From a virus, in the IMG/VR virus record IMGVR_UViG_3300036820_000003, positions 32,001 to 96,000 of that record: a DNA stretch of 64,000 bases. One strand, 5' to 3'. The position numbers and the translations under genes were made by a program. Positions within the stretch are counted from its first letter, which is position 1. Each line of letters begins with the position of its first letter. The notes beneath the pieces are model-generated. The model had not been told where the DNA came from, did no database searches, and was given only the letters and a program-made list of their open reading frames with translations. Shown piece by piece: positions 10,067 to 18,836 of the stretch.

Positions 10067-10134
10067 CCTTCCTCCTTCCGAGGCCGACTAGCCCGCGCCG
10101 CGCTCAGCCGATTCCGGGCTGAGCGCGACGCCGG

Positions 10135-10317
10135 TCATCCGGATTCGCGAGCGAGCGCTCCCGCAATTCGCCCGATCAGGCTGAAACGAGGGATCGGCTT
10201 CCTGAAGGAGGCTGACCTCGCCGTCTTCCGGGCCTCCCGTGCGAGCCTGGCGTTGCGTCCGCGCTGGAGCGCCTCGGCGTGTTTCAGCCGGGTCAGCTCC
10301 ATGTGGATGTCGTTCAT
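10135..10317 (-). CDS. Small basic protein
   Basis: GGAAGGAA RBS before MNDIHMEL. Confidence 0.6.
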   Translation of the reverse strand: MNDIHMELTRLKHAEALQRGRNARLAREARKTARSASFRKPIPRFSLIGRIAGALARESG

Positions 10318-10327
10318 GATTTCCTTC

Positions 10328-10402
10328 CTAGGTGAAGTACAGCAGCACGCCCACGACGACAAGCGCGATGAACAGCCACGCGATCCTCTGCCAGTCATTC
10401 AT
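10328..10402 (-). CDS. Small membrane peptide (24 aa)
   Basis: MNDWQRIAWLFIALVVVGVLLYFT; one-base TGATG overlap with upstream stop. Confidence 0.55.
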   Translation of the reverse strand: MNDWQRIAWLFIALVVVGVLLYFT

Positions 10403-10581
10403 CAGCAGTCTCCAAGCGTCGCGGAGATCTCGCAGTACGATCTCCCCTGGCCCCCGCCCGTCCCCGGGCTGCCCATGAGCATCAGCCCGGCGATCAGGCA
10501 GCCGAGCGCCCCGGCGAGGATGATGATCGAGATGACGCCGCCCCGCCGGCTCTCCTGCTCGTCCCCCGGGGCGGGGGTCAC
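10402..10581 (-). CDS. Small membrane protein
   Basis: One TM segment; GTGA overlap start. Confidence 0.55.
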   Translation of the reverse strand: MTPAPGDEQESRRGGVISIIILAGALGCLIAGLMLMGSPGTGGGQGRSYCEISATLGDC

Positions 10582-10799
10582 GGGATGCTCCAGCTGATGA
10601 CGTACTGGAACACGTCCACGCGCAGCGGCCGGGCGACGATCGTGATGTGACCGTCTCGCCACGGGATGTACACGCCCCTCGCCCCGGCTGAGTGCGATCC
10701 GGACACCTGGCCCCGAGCCTGAGGCCGGGGCATCCCCAGAGCGAACAGATGGTCGACTGCGGCCTGGAAGGTGTCGCAATCCTTGGAGCCCGAGGTCAT
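10578..10799 (-). CDS. Small protein (paralog family B candidate)
   Basis: ATGA overlap; AVDHLFALGMPRPQAR. Confidence 0.6.
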   Translation of the reverse strand: MTSGSKDCDTFQAAVDHLFALGMPRPQARGQVSGSHSAGARGVYIPWRDGHITIVARPLRVDVFQYVISWSIP

Positions 10800-11014
10800 G
10801 ACGGAGGCCCTTCGGTGATGACGAGCCTGCGACGGAAGCCAGCCCGTCGCACTTCGACTCGCACGACGTTCCCGGATCTGAGTGAGATCCGGCCCGGCTG
10901 GCCGAGGACGGCGGCGGCGACCATGTCCGTCGCGTCCCTCCCCGAAAGCCCCAGTCCCGTCAGGTAGCCGGACGCCGCCGCCTCCTCCGCGACCGGGAAC
11001 ATGCGCTCGCTCAT
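10796..11014 (-). CDS. Small protein (paralog family B candidate)
   Basis: YLTGLGLSGRDATDMVAAA. Confidence 0.6.
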   Translation of the reverse strand: MSERMFPVAEEAAASGYLTGLGLSGRDATDMVAAAVLGQPGRISLRSGNVVRVEVRRAGFRRRLVITEGPPS

Positions 11015-11250
11015 GTCGCGGCCCCCTTCTTCCTGCGACACGAGGGGCAGAGAATCTTCAGCTCCCCGCCCGGAAGCGTCGCCAGCGACAAATCCCGATC
11101 CGGCTTCCCGCACTCCGCGCAGACCGGGGGCGACGGAGGCCTCCGCTCGGCCGGGGCGCGGTTCTTCGGGTAGTTGTTCACGCCCGGTCCATTCCCGAGA
11201 AGGACAGATTCCGGATCGCCCGCAGGGCGTTCCGCTTGTGACGCGGACAC
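11011..11250 (-). CDS. Small zinc-ribbon protein
   Basis: CAEC and CPSC motifs. Confidence 0.6.
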   Translation of the reverse strand: MSASQAERPAGDPESVLLGNGPGVNNYPKNRAPAERRPPSPPVCAECGKPDRDLSLATLPGGELKILCPSCRRKKGAAT

Positions 11251-11387
11251 AGCTTGCGCACGGCGATCGTAGCCCCGTCAACGACGAAACTGACTTTCGT
11301 CACCGGCTGCTCGCCGGTCTTGCCGTCGTAGTCGCATCTAGGCTGCGGCGGCCCGGTCGCGGGCCTCACAACCCGCTCTCTGCTCAC
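11178..11387 (-). CDS. Hypothetical protein
   Basis: GTGA overlap start; CD...LCPRH. Confidence 0.5.
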   Translation of the reverse strand: MSRERVVRPATGPPQPRCDYDGKTGEQPVTKVSFVVDGATIAVRKLCPRHKRNALRAIRNLSFSGMDRA

Positions 11388-11566
11388 GTACTGGTCACCA
11401 CGTAGGTGCCGGCGACTTCCATCACGACGACGCCGCCCGGACCGGTCCAGGATCCCTGGGCGTCCGCCGTGTCGACGGCGTCGTACAGCTGACGGCCCCT
11501 CAGCTCGGGGAGCAGTCCGGCGAGATGATGAATCGCGTCTGACTGCTGCGTGAATGTATTTTCCAT
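11384..11566 (-). CDS. Hypothetical protein
   Basis: RBS before MENTFTQQ. Confidence 0.6.
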   Translation of the reverse strand: MENTFTQQSDAIHHLAGLLPELRGRQLYDAVDTADAQGSWTGPGGVVVMEVAGTYVVTST

Positions 11567-11754
11567 TTTCCTGCCTGCCTTCCTTTGCGGGCCTGCCCGC
11601 ATACTGCCAGTATAGCAGCAGCGAGCCCCGCATGCCGCTCGCTGGCGGCATCACGGGGCTCGCGCCGGGCCGCCGCATAGGGCAGCGGCCCGCCCGGCTC
11701 TGTCGGGGGGACATGTGCGGAGCCGGACGTCGGACCCGGCCCTCCGGCCGGGAG

Positions 11755-13128
11755 TCAGGGAATCATCATCGCGAACGCCGCCGTGTAGGGAAGCGTCCGG
11801 AACATGGAGTCGACGTTGTCGGGGATGAGCGCGACAGTCGGATCATCGACCTCCGCGCGCATGAACGGCAGGGCGGCGATGGTGCCGATGCCGTACATCT
11901 CCCGGTCCGGCAGCTTGCGGGCGACCGGGACGACGGACCCCCTGGAACCGGTGAAAACGGGCCAGGATGACGGACTGGGAACCGCCCTCATGTTCCCGGT
12001 GCGGGTGTTGCCCGCGCACACGACGACCAGGTCGTACTGGCGACGCGCCACGATGCCCCCGGCGGGGGTGTCGATTGGCTGCTCCTTGACCCGGAAGGTG
12101 CGGAGCCTGCGCTGACGGGTGAGGTCGGGGGTGTTCGGCGTGGAGAGGTCGACCGCCCGGGGAAGCTTGGCGCCGATCATCTGGTAGCGAGCCGGGGCGG
12201 TCGCCTTCCACTCCTGGCAGGTGCGCGGCAGGTTCGTGTTGTACCAGTCCACCTGGCGAATCCAGTCCAGGCCGGGCACGCTGTAATGCGACCCGAAGAT
12301 GTTCAGCGCGGACTCGACGGCGCAGTTCCCGGCGTTGCCCCTTCCGGCCCCGCCGCCGATGATCGCGACGGAGGAAATCCCCTGGAACGGGAAGGGCCGC
12401 GCCATCCGCTCCATGAACTCCCACCAGGTTTCCACGTGGAAGCGCACGTCAGGAAGCGCGAGGGCGCTCTCGTATCCCTTTCCCCGGGCGTCGACGATCC
12501 GGGCGGGGGTGATCTCCGTCCCGTTTGCAAGGCTGACCAGGTTGGTGTACCCTGAGCCGTAGGCGGCAACCGTTCCCAGCCGGACGTCCGCGTAGGCGGC
12601 GAGCGTCCAGCGAATGAGGAAGCGCATGGCGGCGTTCGTGGGGTAGTCGCCGGACTCCAGCTCGTTCGGCTGTACGACAGCGCCGGGGATGTAGTTGAGA
12701 TTAGCCTCCCGGGGCAGGCCGCCCATGCCGGGACGGGACGAGGAGTTCAGCCGGAAGACCGGCTTCCCGCCGCCGACTGCGAAGGAGCCGCCCGGCCGGT
12801 CAGTGATTACGACGGGAGGTTCTTCCCCCATCGCCGCTCGGCAGGCGGCGTAAACAGCGGAGTGGACGCCGCCCCCGATCACCAGGTCCTCGACGGGGGG
12901 GAAACCATAGATCCCGTACACCTGACCGGCCCAGTACTCGTCCAGGAGACGATCGGCGTACTCACGCGCGTCGGGATTCATGTAGATGGCGGCCAGAGTT
13001 GCGGCCCATGGGGTGCTGAACTCATCCTTCCGGGCTTCCATCAGCCCGATGAGCCGATTCTTAATCGGAGTCTTGCGAATCGTGTCCAGCGTCTTGGTGA
13101 ACCAGCCGGACGGGACAGCGAGCGCCAT
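11755..13128 (-). CDS. FAD/NAD(P)-binding oxidoreductase-like protein
   Basis: Two Rossmann motifs, LVIGGGVHSA and VAIIGGGAGRGNAG; AAGGAAGAG RBS. Confidence 0.6.
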   Translation of the reverse strand: MALAVPSGWFTKTLDTIRKTPIKNRLIGLMEARKDEFSTPWAATLAAIYMNPDAREYADRLLDEYWAGQVYGIYGFPPVEDLVIGGGVHSAVYAACRAAMGEEPPVVITDRPGGSFAVGGGKPVFRLNSSSRPGMGGLPREANLNYIPGAVVQPNELESGDYPTNAAMRFLIRWTLAAYADVRLGTVAAYGSGYTNLVSLANGTEITPARIVDARGKGYESALALPDVRFHVETWWEFMERMARPFPFQGISSVAIIGGGAGRGNAGNCAVESALNIFGSHYSVPGLDWIRQVDWYNTNLPRTCQEWKATAPARYQMIGAKLPRAVDLSTPNTPDLTRQRRLRTFRVKEQPIDTPAGGIVARRQYDLVVVCAGNTRTGNMRAVPSPSSWPVFTGSRGSVVPVARKLPDREMYGIGTIAALPFMRAEVDDPTVALIPDNVDSMFRTLPYTAAFAMMIP

Positions 13129-13266
13129 AGGCTCTTCCTTCCTACCTTTCCTGCGGATCGCTCCTGCGAACCGCACCCGACCTGGCCCTGCCAGGTCGGA
13201 TGCCGCGCTCAGGGGCGGGTGCGCGTGCTGTAAACAGCCTAGCGGTCCCGAGCCCGGGAAACCAGG

Positions 13267-13512
13267 CTATGAGCCCGGGGCATTGCGCTTCGTAATTTTC
13301 ACCGTGAATGTGATCTCAGTCCCCGACCCGCCGGGTCGAAGAGCCGTCACGGCGAAGTTCCGCAGGGCCGTCGCGTCGTACTGAGGATGACCTACCCGGA
13401 CGACGGCCCGGCTCAGCATCCGATCCACCGTGCGAGGGAACAATCCCATCTGCTCCATGTACACGCGCACCTCCTCGCGCGTGCCGGTGAAGTCGCGCGA
13501 GATCGGGCTCAC
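13267..13512 (-). CDS. Small protein (paralog family B candidate)
   Basis: GTGA overlap; TREEVRVYMEQMGL. Confidence 0.55.
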   Translation of the reverse strand: MSPISRDFTGTREEVRVYMEQMGLFPRTVDRMLSRAVVRVGHPQYDATALRNFAVTALRPGGSGTEITFTVKITKRNAPGS

Positions 13513-13733
13513 GGGACGACTTCCAGCTTGAAACGCCAGTTCAACTGATCGATGAAGGCGATAAGCCGAACCTTGTCCGCCTCCCGGGCCACACGACTCG
13601 GAGCCGGGCGAACCGGATTTCCGGGGGTCCCCTTCGCGCGCTCGATCAGATCGTCGGTGATCGCGTCGCTCATGAAGAACCGGCTGGTCAGATAGGAGCG
13701 CGCCCACGCCTGCGGGCCGGTCAGCTCGCTCAC
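13509..13733 (-). CDS. Hypothetical protein
   Basis: GTGA overlap. Confidence 0.6.
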   Translation of the reverse strand: MSELTGPQAWARSYLTSRFFMSDAITDDLIERAKGTPGNPVRPAPSRVAREADKVRLIAFIDQLNWRFKLEVVP

Positions 13734-13924
13734 GCGCCGCCCCTTCGAATGCGGAACACGCCGGGGCCGACGCAGATCAGCAGCTCATTATTGAGGAAGA
13801 ACGTGCTGCCGCGCTCCTTAGCGCGCCGGACGGCCTCCTCGGCCTGCCCCTTGATCATCCCGAGTCGCTGCATTTCCCGCAGGACCTCGGCCTCGCTCAT
13901 GCGAGGTCCATTCGAGTCTGTCAT
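13730..13924 (-). CDS. Small protein (paralog family B)
   Basis: EAEVLREMQRLGMIKGQAEEAVRRAKERG...FRI. Confidence 0.65.
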   Translation of the reverse strand: MTDSNGPRMSEAEVLREMQRLGMIKGQAEEAVRRAKERGSTFFLNNELLICVGPGVFRIRRGGA

Positions 13925-13959
13925 TTCCTTCGCTCCCTTCCAGAGCTCCCCGTGAGCTC

Positions 13960-13988
13960 AAAACCGCCCGCGTCCGGAGACGCGGGCG
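13960..13988 (-). terminator. Intrinsic terminator-like hairpin
   Basis: 10-bp stem CGCCCGCGTC/GACGCGGGCG followed by TTTT on the minus strand. Confidence 0.55.
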
Positions 13989-14024
13989 ATCTTCAACCGG
14001 GGAGTGCGGGAGTGCGGGAGATGA

Positions 14025-14204
14025 TCACGTCTTGCGAATGATGATCCTGCCGTTGTCGTGCACGAGCTGAACGCGAGTGCCCGGGATGGTGAAGATGGTG
14101 AAAATGAGGACTGTGAGCACGGCGGCCCGCGCTTCCCCGCGACTCACATTGTGCTTGTCGACAAGCTCATCGACGGCGATCTCGGGATCGAGTGCCTCTG
14201 ACAC
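14025..14204 (-). CDS. Small protein (59 aa, not in ORF track; family B candidate)
   Basis: VSEALDPEIAVDELVDKHNVSRGEARAAV...RKT*. Confidence 0.55.
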   Translation of the reverse strand: MSEALDPEIAVDELVDKHNVSRGEARAAVLTVLIFTIFTIPGTRVQLVHDNGRIIIRKT

Positions 14205-14346
14205 GAGGTCTCAGCCCCTTTCTAATTGAAGGGAACAGCAGTGCGACGGCGGCCGTCACGATGACGGCTGTCGCGATGACGCACACGGCCCTGAACCAGG
14301 TCGGGAGCGCGTCCGGAGCGGATGTGACCACGTAGGATGGAATCAT
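14167..14346 (-). CDS. Small membrane protein
   Basis: One TM segment; ATGA overlap. Confidence 0.55.
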   Translation of the reverse strand: MIPSYVVTSAPDALPTWFRAVCVIATAVIVTAAVALLFPSIRKGLRPRVRGTRSRDRRR

Positions 14347-14486
14347 TCCCGTCGCTTGCCCATCCAGTAGTTGAAGACGATCCCCGCCGCGAAGAACGCG
14401 ACGGGGATCGCGACAAGCTGCCACGGCTGGAGATGCAGGGTGATGACGCGAGGCGTCGTGCGGGCGACCGCGTCGGAGAGTCTCAC
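14343..14486 (-). CDS. Small membrane protein
   Basis: One TM segment; GTGA overlap. Confidence 0.55.
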   Translation of the reverse strand: MRLSDAVARTTPRVITLHLQPWQLVAIPVAFFAAGIVFNYWMGKRRE

Positions 14487-14761
14487 GTCAGGAACTCCTC
14501 GATGAACGGGTGAATCGGATAATCCATCGGGAGCAGCTTCCTGCTCCCGAACCTGACCCATCCCCCCTGCCGACGTCGGTACCACACCCCGTCCGCGTCC
14601 CGGATGACAGCGCCGATCGGATACGATCTGCCCGCCTGGCGAAGCTTCTGCACCTCCCGGATAATCAGCCGAGTGAGATCGGAGTTTCCCATCCCGGCGG
14701 TGTTGTGAACTTCCCTGACCTTGCGAACTGCGGTCTCCAGCTCTCGCTCCCTGATCCTCAC
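14483..14761 (-). CDS. Hypothetical protein sharing its C-terminal domain with 14758-15579
   Basis: PIGAVIRDADGVWYRR. Confidence 0.65.
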   Translation of the reverse strand: MRIRERELETAVRKVREVHNTAGMGNSDLTRLIIREVQKLRQAGRSYPIGAVIRDADGVWYRRRQGGWVRFGSRKLLPMDYPIHPFIEEFLT

Positions 14762-15579
14762 TTGTCGTCCATCCGGGTGAGCGGCTGGACGGGAGAGCGA
14801 TCGAGGTACATGTGCCCCGCCTCGGCGAAGCGGGACCAGGTCCGGCCCTCCTCGCGTCGGAACCACTTCCCTTCGGCGTCGCGGACGACAGCCCCGACGG
14901 GGAGCTCGATCCGCTGGGCACGGATGCTCTCGCGAATGACATTGTTCATCCACAAGACCGAGGAAGGGCTGCCCGGGCCCCAGCTCTGCAGCCGGATGCG
15001 CAGCTCGCTGAGCGCGTTCACCAGCTCGTCCCAGGTGGGATGATCAGCGAGCACGTCCGGCCCGGATGCCTGCGACGGCGGACGGGACTCGCGAAAGGCC
15101 CGCGCCTCGCGTATGAGATTCCCCGCGACGACGCGATCCGAACTGAGCCTGTCGGCCGCCGCGTTAAGGTCCTCCTCGGTGTACCTCTCCGGACGAGCGG
15201 GACGCTTCCAGGCGGCTCGCGCATTCGAGATCAAATCCGACATCTGACCGTCGGTGATCCCGGTGCCCGCCCCCGCCGTCCGCATCTCCGCCGCCGTGAA
15301 CTCCATCTCCCCGAATCGGGGCTCGGGCTCGGGCGCGATCGGCTTGCCCCGGTTCAACCTCGCGAGAATGATCGATCGGGCGACGGCGTCCTGCGCGAGC
15401 GGCCCGATCTCACGGGCCGCTCGTCGCAGCTCCACCTGGGTGAACGTCTCCGGCTCGTTTGAGCTGAAATTCAGGGATCTCAGACTGTCGATCACATCCC
15501 GGGCGGCAGGATCGCGAACGTGAGAGTCAGACAGAGCCCTCATGACCTGGATCTCGCTGTAGCGGCGTTCTCGCGTCAC
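14758..15579 (-). CDS. Helical-repeat protein with C-terminal GAVVRDAEG domain
   Basis: About five degenerate [YF][ST]xxE[LM]xxA repeats. Confidence 0.65.
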   Translation of the reverse strand: MTRERRYSEIQVMRALSDSHVRDPAARDVIDSLRSLNFSSNEPETFTQVELRRAAREIGPLAQDAVARSIILARLNRGKPIAPEPEPRFGEMEFTAAEMRTAGAGTGITDGQMSDLISNARAAWKRPARPERYTEEDLNAAADRLSSDRVVAGNLIREARAFRESRPPSQASGPDVLADHPTWDELVNALSELRIRLQSWGPGSPSSVLWMNNVIRESIRAQRIELPVGAVVRDAEGKWFRREEGRTWSRFAEAGHMYLDRSPVQPLTRMDDK

Positions 15580-15857
15580 AGCATTCCCTCCAGCTTCTCC
15601 CGAACATCCGGGTCGACGGAGCTGACCTGCACGCTGAACCAGTTGCCCTGGGCATCCCGGAGCTGAAGCCCCGTCGCAGCCGGATGGAAGTTGCTCTCGC
15701 ACTCCCGGCTGAAAGGCGCGATCTCGGGCTCCGACGGGAGAACGGATATGTCGGTGACCGTCACATCCGGATTCTTCGCGAGAGCCTGGCTGATGATCGC
15801 CGCCGCGCCCTGATTGCGAGCGCACTGCACGTGATCGCAGCTGTCCTGCACTTGCAT
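15576..15857 (-). CDS. Hypothetical protein
   Basis: GAAGGAAGGA RBS. Confidence 0.65.
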   Translation of the reverse strand: MQVQDSCDHVQCARNQGAAAIISQALAKNPDVTVTDISVLPSEPEIAPFSRECESNFHPAATGLQLRDAQGNWFSVQVSSVDPDVREKLEGML

Positions 15858-15932
15858 GTTATTCCTTCCTTCTTCCCGGTGCGGATTAGCACCGCACGCC
15901 GGGCGTCCCCCTCGGACGTCCGGCATGCCGCG

Positions 15933-16142
15933 TCAATCCGCGTCCGCGTCCGCGTCCGCGTCCGCGACAGGCGGCAGGTACACCCGCGCTCGCTGTTCCC
16001 AGTTCCCAGCTTCCAGCACCCAGACGCAGAACGGGTCCTGGCACGCGCACAGCGCGCTGACGACTCGCTCCCGGCCGACGGTCGTGAACCGGATCTCCCG
16101 AGTTCGAACCGTCTCGGGCCGCCGGGTGTGCGGGGCGCTCAC
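15933..16142 (-). CDS. Small Cys protein (paralog family A)
   Basis: LCACQDPFCVWVLEAGNW; (AD)n tail. Confidence 0.65.
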   Translation of the reverse strand: MSAPHTRRPETVRTREIRFTTVGRERVVSALCACQDPFCVWVLEAGNWEQRARVYLPPVADADADADAD

Positions 16143-16327
16143 GCCGGATCACGCTCCTTGACGTCCGTGCCGGAGCCCGTGTAACGGAGCCACTCGCCCC
16201 CGCGCCGAATCCAGATGCAGTCCGGGTTCTTCGGATTCGCCTGGCAGACGCAGAGCTGGCGCGCCACGCCCGCGATCCAGGTCTCCTTGCCCGGCATCCG
16301 GGCGTGCCGGACCGTATCGTCGCTCAC
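16139..16327 (-). CDS. Small Cys protein (paralog family A)
   Basis: LCVCQANPKNPDCIWIRRGGEW. Confidence 0.65.
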   Translation of the reverse strand: MSDDTVRHARMPGKETWIAGVARQLCVCQANPKNPDCIWIRRGGEWLRYTGSGTDVKERDPA

Positions 16328-16545
16328 GGGTTCGGATTCGGATTCGGGTCGGGCTCGGGACCGTTCTTCAGCAGATCCGAGCAGTCCACCAGATCGTCGC
16401 CCATGAGACCGTCCGGGTGGACCCACCAGCGTCCCCTCGGGGCGCTGAAGCCCCCCGAATTGGAGACGGTGCCCCACTTTCGGAGCGGCTTGACGTACAC
16501 TCGCATTCCCGATGTGATCGGGATGTTATCGGCTGTCCTGTCCAT
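16324..16545 (-). CDS. Small SH3/beta-barrel-like protein
   Basis: PITSGMRVYVKPLRKWGTV; (NP)n tail. Confidence 0.55.
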   Translation of the reverse strand: MDRTADNIPITSGMRVYVKPLRKWGTVSNSGGFSAPRGRWWVHPDGLMGDDLVDCSDLLKNGPEPDPNPNPNP

Positions 16546-16550
16546 GCGCC

Positions 16551-16697
16551 TCAGTTCCAATCCCAGTCGCCGTTAGCGTAGAAGGTCCACTTGCAGGTGA
16601 TGCTGCCGCAGATGCAGTAGCACACGGTGACGGTCTTCCCTGAGTCGAGCCTGACCTTGCTGTCAGTTTTCCTGTTCGCCCGGTGGACGGTCTTCAT
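16551..16697 (-). CDS. Small Cys protein (family A; 48 aa, not in ORF track)
   Basis: MKTVHRA...VCYCICGSITCKWTFYANGDWDWN*. Confidence 0.6.
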   Translation of the reverse strand: MKTVHRANRKTDSKVRLDSGKTVTVCYCICGSITCKWTFYANGDWDWN

Positions 16698-16769
16698 TCG
16701 GGTCGTTCCCTCCTTCCCCTCCGTTCGACGGAGGGGGCCGAGCCCGGGCGCGGAGCCCGGGCGCGACCC

Positions 16770-17021
16770 TCACAGCCGAGTCGGATCCACCCTTCTGAAC
16801 TCGGGACGCGGATTCGCGAAGGAGATCTCCAGGCCCGCGTCCCTGACGCTGCGCTGACTGGTCAGCCTCGCGATGACGCTGGCGGCGGCCTTCTCCTGCG
16901 CAGGAGTCAGATAAGGTCCGGCGACGCAGTGCACCCGATCTTTCACGCAGTAGAACACGTGCCAGCGCGGGACGCTGTAAAGATCGCCCTCGCGCCGGGG
17001 CGGCGGATCGAGGGTGCTCAC
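16770..17021 (-). CDS. Hypothetical protein
   Basis: GTGA overlap. Confidence 0.55.
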   Translation of the reverse strand: MSTLDPPPRREGDLYSVPRWHVFYCVKDRVHCVAGPYLTPAQEKAAASVIARLTSQRSVRDAGLEISFANPRPEFRRVDPTRL

Positions 17022-17419
17022 GCGGGCGCGTGGCTGACGCTCATCACGTCGAATCCGGAGCCTCGCCGGGTCTGCTCGATGTGCTCGATGAACGGCCGGT
17101 CAGCCCGGACGGTCACCGTGGAGCCGTCGGGAGACGGACTCCAGAGGATCATCTGCATCTCCTGCTCCGCGAACTCGCAGCGGAACAGCAGCTCCGACAT
17201 CGCGCTGCATATCAGCTCGACGGGGGACGGGTAGTCCTCAACCGCGAGGAGCTCGAGGTAGGCCTGGTCGCCCACGTCGTGCCACGACATGGTGAGCTTG
17301 GACGGCCACAGGTTCATCAGTCCCGTCGGAACCGGGCCGGGATCCTCGCCGTCGCCGGTTTCGAGGAGGTTGCGGTTCCACGCCTCCTCCTCGGGATCGC
17401 GTTCGTCTTGATTGTTCAT
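17018..17419 (-). CDS. Acidic hypothetical protein
   Basis: AAGGAAGGAAG RBS before MNNQDERD. Confidence 0.65.
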   Translation of the reverse strand: MNNQDERDPEEEAWNRNLLETGDGEDPGPVPTGLMNLWPSKLTMSWHDVGDQAYLELLAVEDYPSPVELICSAMSELLFRCEFAEQEMQMILWSPSPDGSTVTVRADRPFIEHIEQTRRGSGFDVMSVSHAPA

Positions 17420-17597
17420 TTCTTCCTTCCTTTTGCGCGTTTGCGCTGCTTTTAGCTTACACCCGCCGAGCCCCCTGCGGGCCTCGGAGAGGCACTCGGC
17501 TGCCTCGCAGGGGCGGGCCGCGCTGTTTACCATGCAGCTGCCCGCGCGAGGGGGCCGACCCCGTCACGAAAGCGACGGGGGCGACCCTCACGTTCGG

Positions 17598-17828
17598 TCA
17601 GCAGGTGTCGGTGCGCTCGCTGAGCGGGATGAAGAAGATCACGGACGATTCCTCGTCCTCTTCGTCGTCCGGCTCGATTTCGCAGACGCCGTTCTCGTGA
17701 TCGCACATCAGATGCGGATCGGAGGCGTAGTCCGGCGGGATCCAGTTGCACGGAAGACCGGAGCCGTCGTCATGCTCGCAGCACGGAAAATCTTCGCAGC
17801 GAGCGGGAAGATCGGGGTTAACCGCCAT
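17598..17828 (-). CDS. Small acidic Cys/His-rich protein
   Basis: CEDFPCCEH...CDHENGVC. Confidence 0.65.
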   Translation of the reverse strand: MAVNPDLPARCEDFPCCEHDDGSGLPCNWIPPDYASDPHLMCDHENGVCEIEPDDEEDEESSVIFFIPLSERTDTC

Positions 17829-17842
17829 ATTGCCTCTCCCTT

Positions 17843-18082
17843 TCAGCAGGTGTCGGTGTAGTCACTCGGATGCGCCCTCCCCTTCTTGCGGATCTCCCGG
17901 CGGCCCCGGACCGCGTAGCGAGGCGACAGAACCCGGTAGACGACGTCGCGCGGCGGGGACTCGACCTTGTCGAGGCTGATCCACTTCCGCCCTCGAAGGC
18001 AGGTGTTGAAGACCTTGCCGTATCTGATCTCGAGGACGTCGTGGACCTCGCGATAGACCTCGAAGTCGGCGTCGGAGCTCAC
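17843..18082 (-). CDS. Hypothetical protein
   Basis: GTGA overlap; ends in the same TDTC* as its neighbour. Confidence 0.6.
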   Translation of the reverse strand: MSSDADFEVYREVHDVLEIRYGKVFNTCLRGRKWISLDKVESPPRDVVYRVLSPRYAVRGRREIRKKGRAHPSDYTDTC

Positions 18083-18273
18083 AGGGACCTCCTTCGGAAC
18101 AGCCCGCCGATTCGCCTCATGAGGCGGAGTCGCCGGGCTTCGACTTCCCTGCGATCGGATTCGATCTGCTCGGGGGACGCGTTCCGGCAGTCCTTCGTGT
18201 GCAGATGGACGTACCCGTGCGGCTGCTCCCGTGCGATGGGGCATCTGCCGGGCTTCCACCCGTCGTCGCTCAC
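18079..18273 (-). CDS. Hypothetical protein
   Basis: GTGA overlap. Confidence 0.6.
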   Translation of the reverse strand: MSDDGWKPGRCPIAREQPHGYVHLHTKDCRNASPEQIESDRREVEARRLRLMRRIGGLFRRRSL

Positions 18274-18503
18274 TTCTTGCGCAGGTACGCGTAGAGCGCG
18301 TACCAGCCCGGCTGCTCCGGGTCGGCCTGCGGCTCGCTGACCTTCCAGCCTCGGTACAGCGGGTCAGTCAGCATGTGCGGGGCGTGATCGTGACGCCCGG
18401 CGTTCGCCTTCGGCCTGGAGGAATAGCGCTCCAGGAATCGCTTGCCGATGATCCCCTCGGCCGCCTCGGCCGGGGTGATGCCGACCTTGTCGCCTGATCT
18501 CAT
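18270..18503 (-). CDS. Hypothetical protein
   Basis: GGAAGGAAAG RBS before MRSGDKV. Confidence 0.6.
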   Translation of the reverse strand: MRSGDKVGITPAEAAEGIIGKRFLERYSSRPKANAGRHDHAPHMLTDPLYRGWKVSEPQADPEQPGWYALYAYLRKK

Positions 18504-18585
18504 GTGCTTTCCTTCCTGTTCGAGGCCCTGCGCCTCGGAGCCGCGCACGTCAGGGGACGTGCGCGACTCCCGGGTGCGGGCCGGG

Positions 18586-18762
18586 TCAGCTGTCGGGCTG
18601 CGGACCCGACTTGCCGTGGATTCGGCGCTCCCACTTGCCGTCGACGCGGATCCAGTAGCATTTGGAGTCGTCGCAGACGCAGAGCGCCGTCGTGACGGTG
18701 ACGCGTCCGTTCAGGATCTCGCTGGACTTCTCGGTCGACGGATCTCTTCCGTGCTCTCGCAT
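18586..18762 (-). CDS. Small Cys protein (family A; 58 aa, not in ORF track)
   Basis: MREHGRD...LCVCDDSKCYWIRVDGKWERR; GGAGAGGAG RBS. Confidence 0.65.
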   Translation of the reverse strand: MREHGRDPSTEKSSEILNGRVTVTTALCVCDDSKCYWIRVDGKWERRIHGKSGPQPDS

Positions 18763-18836
18763 GTGACTCCTCTCCTCCCAGCTGGCGCCCGGAGTCGCGC
18801 CCGGCTCCTCCGGGCGCGACCCTCAACGTCAACCCG

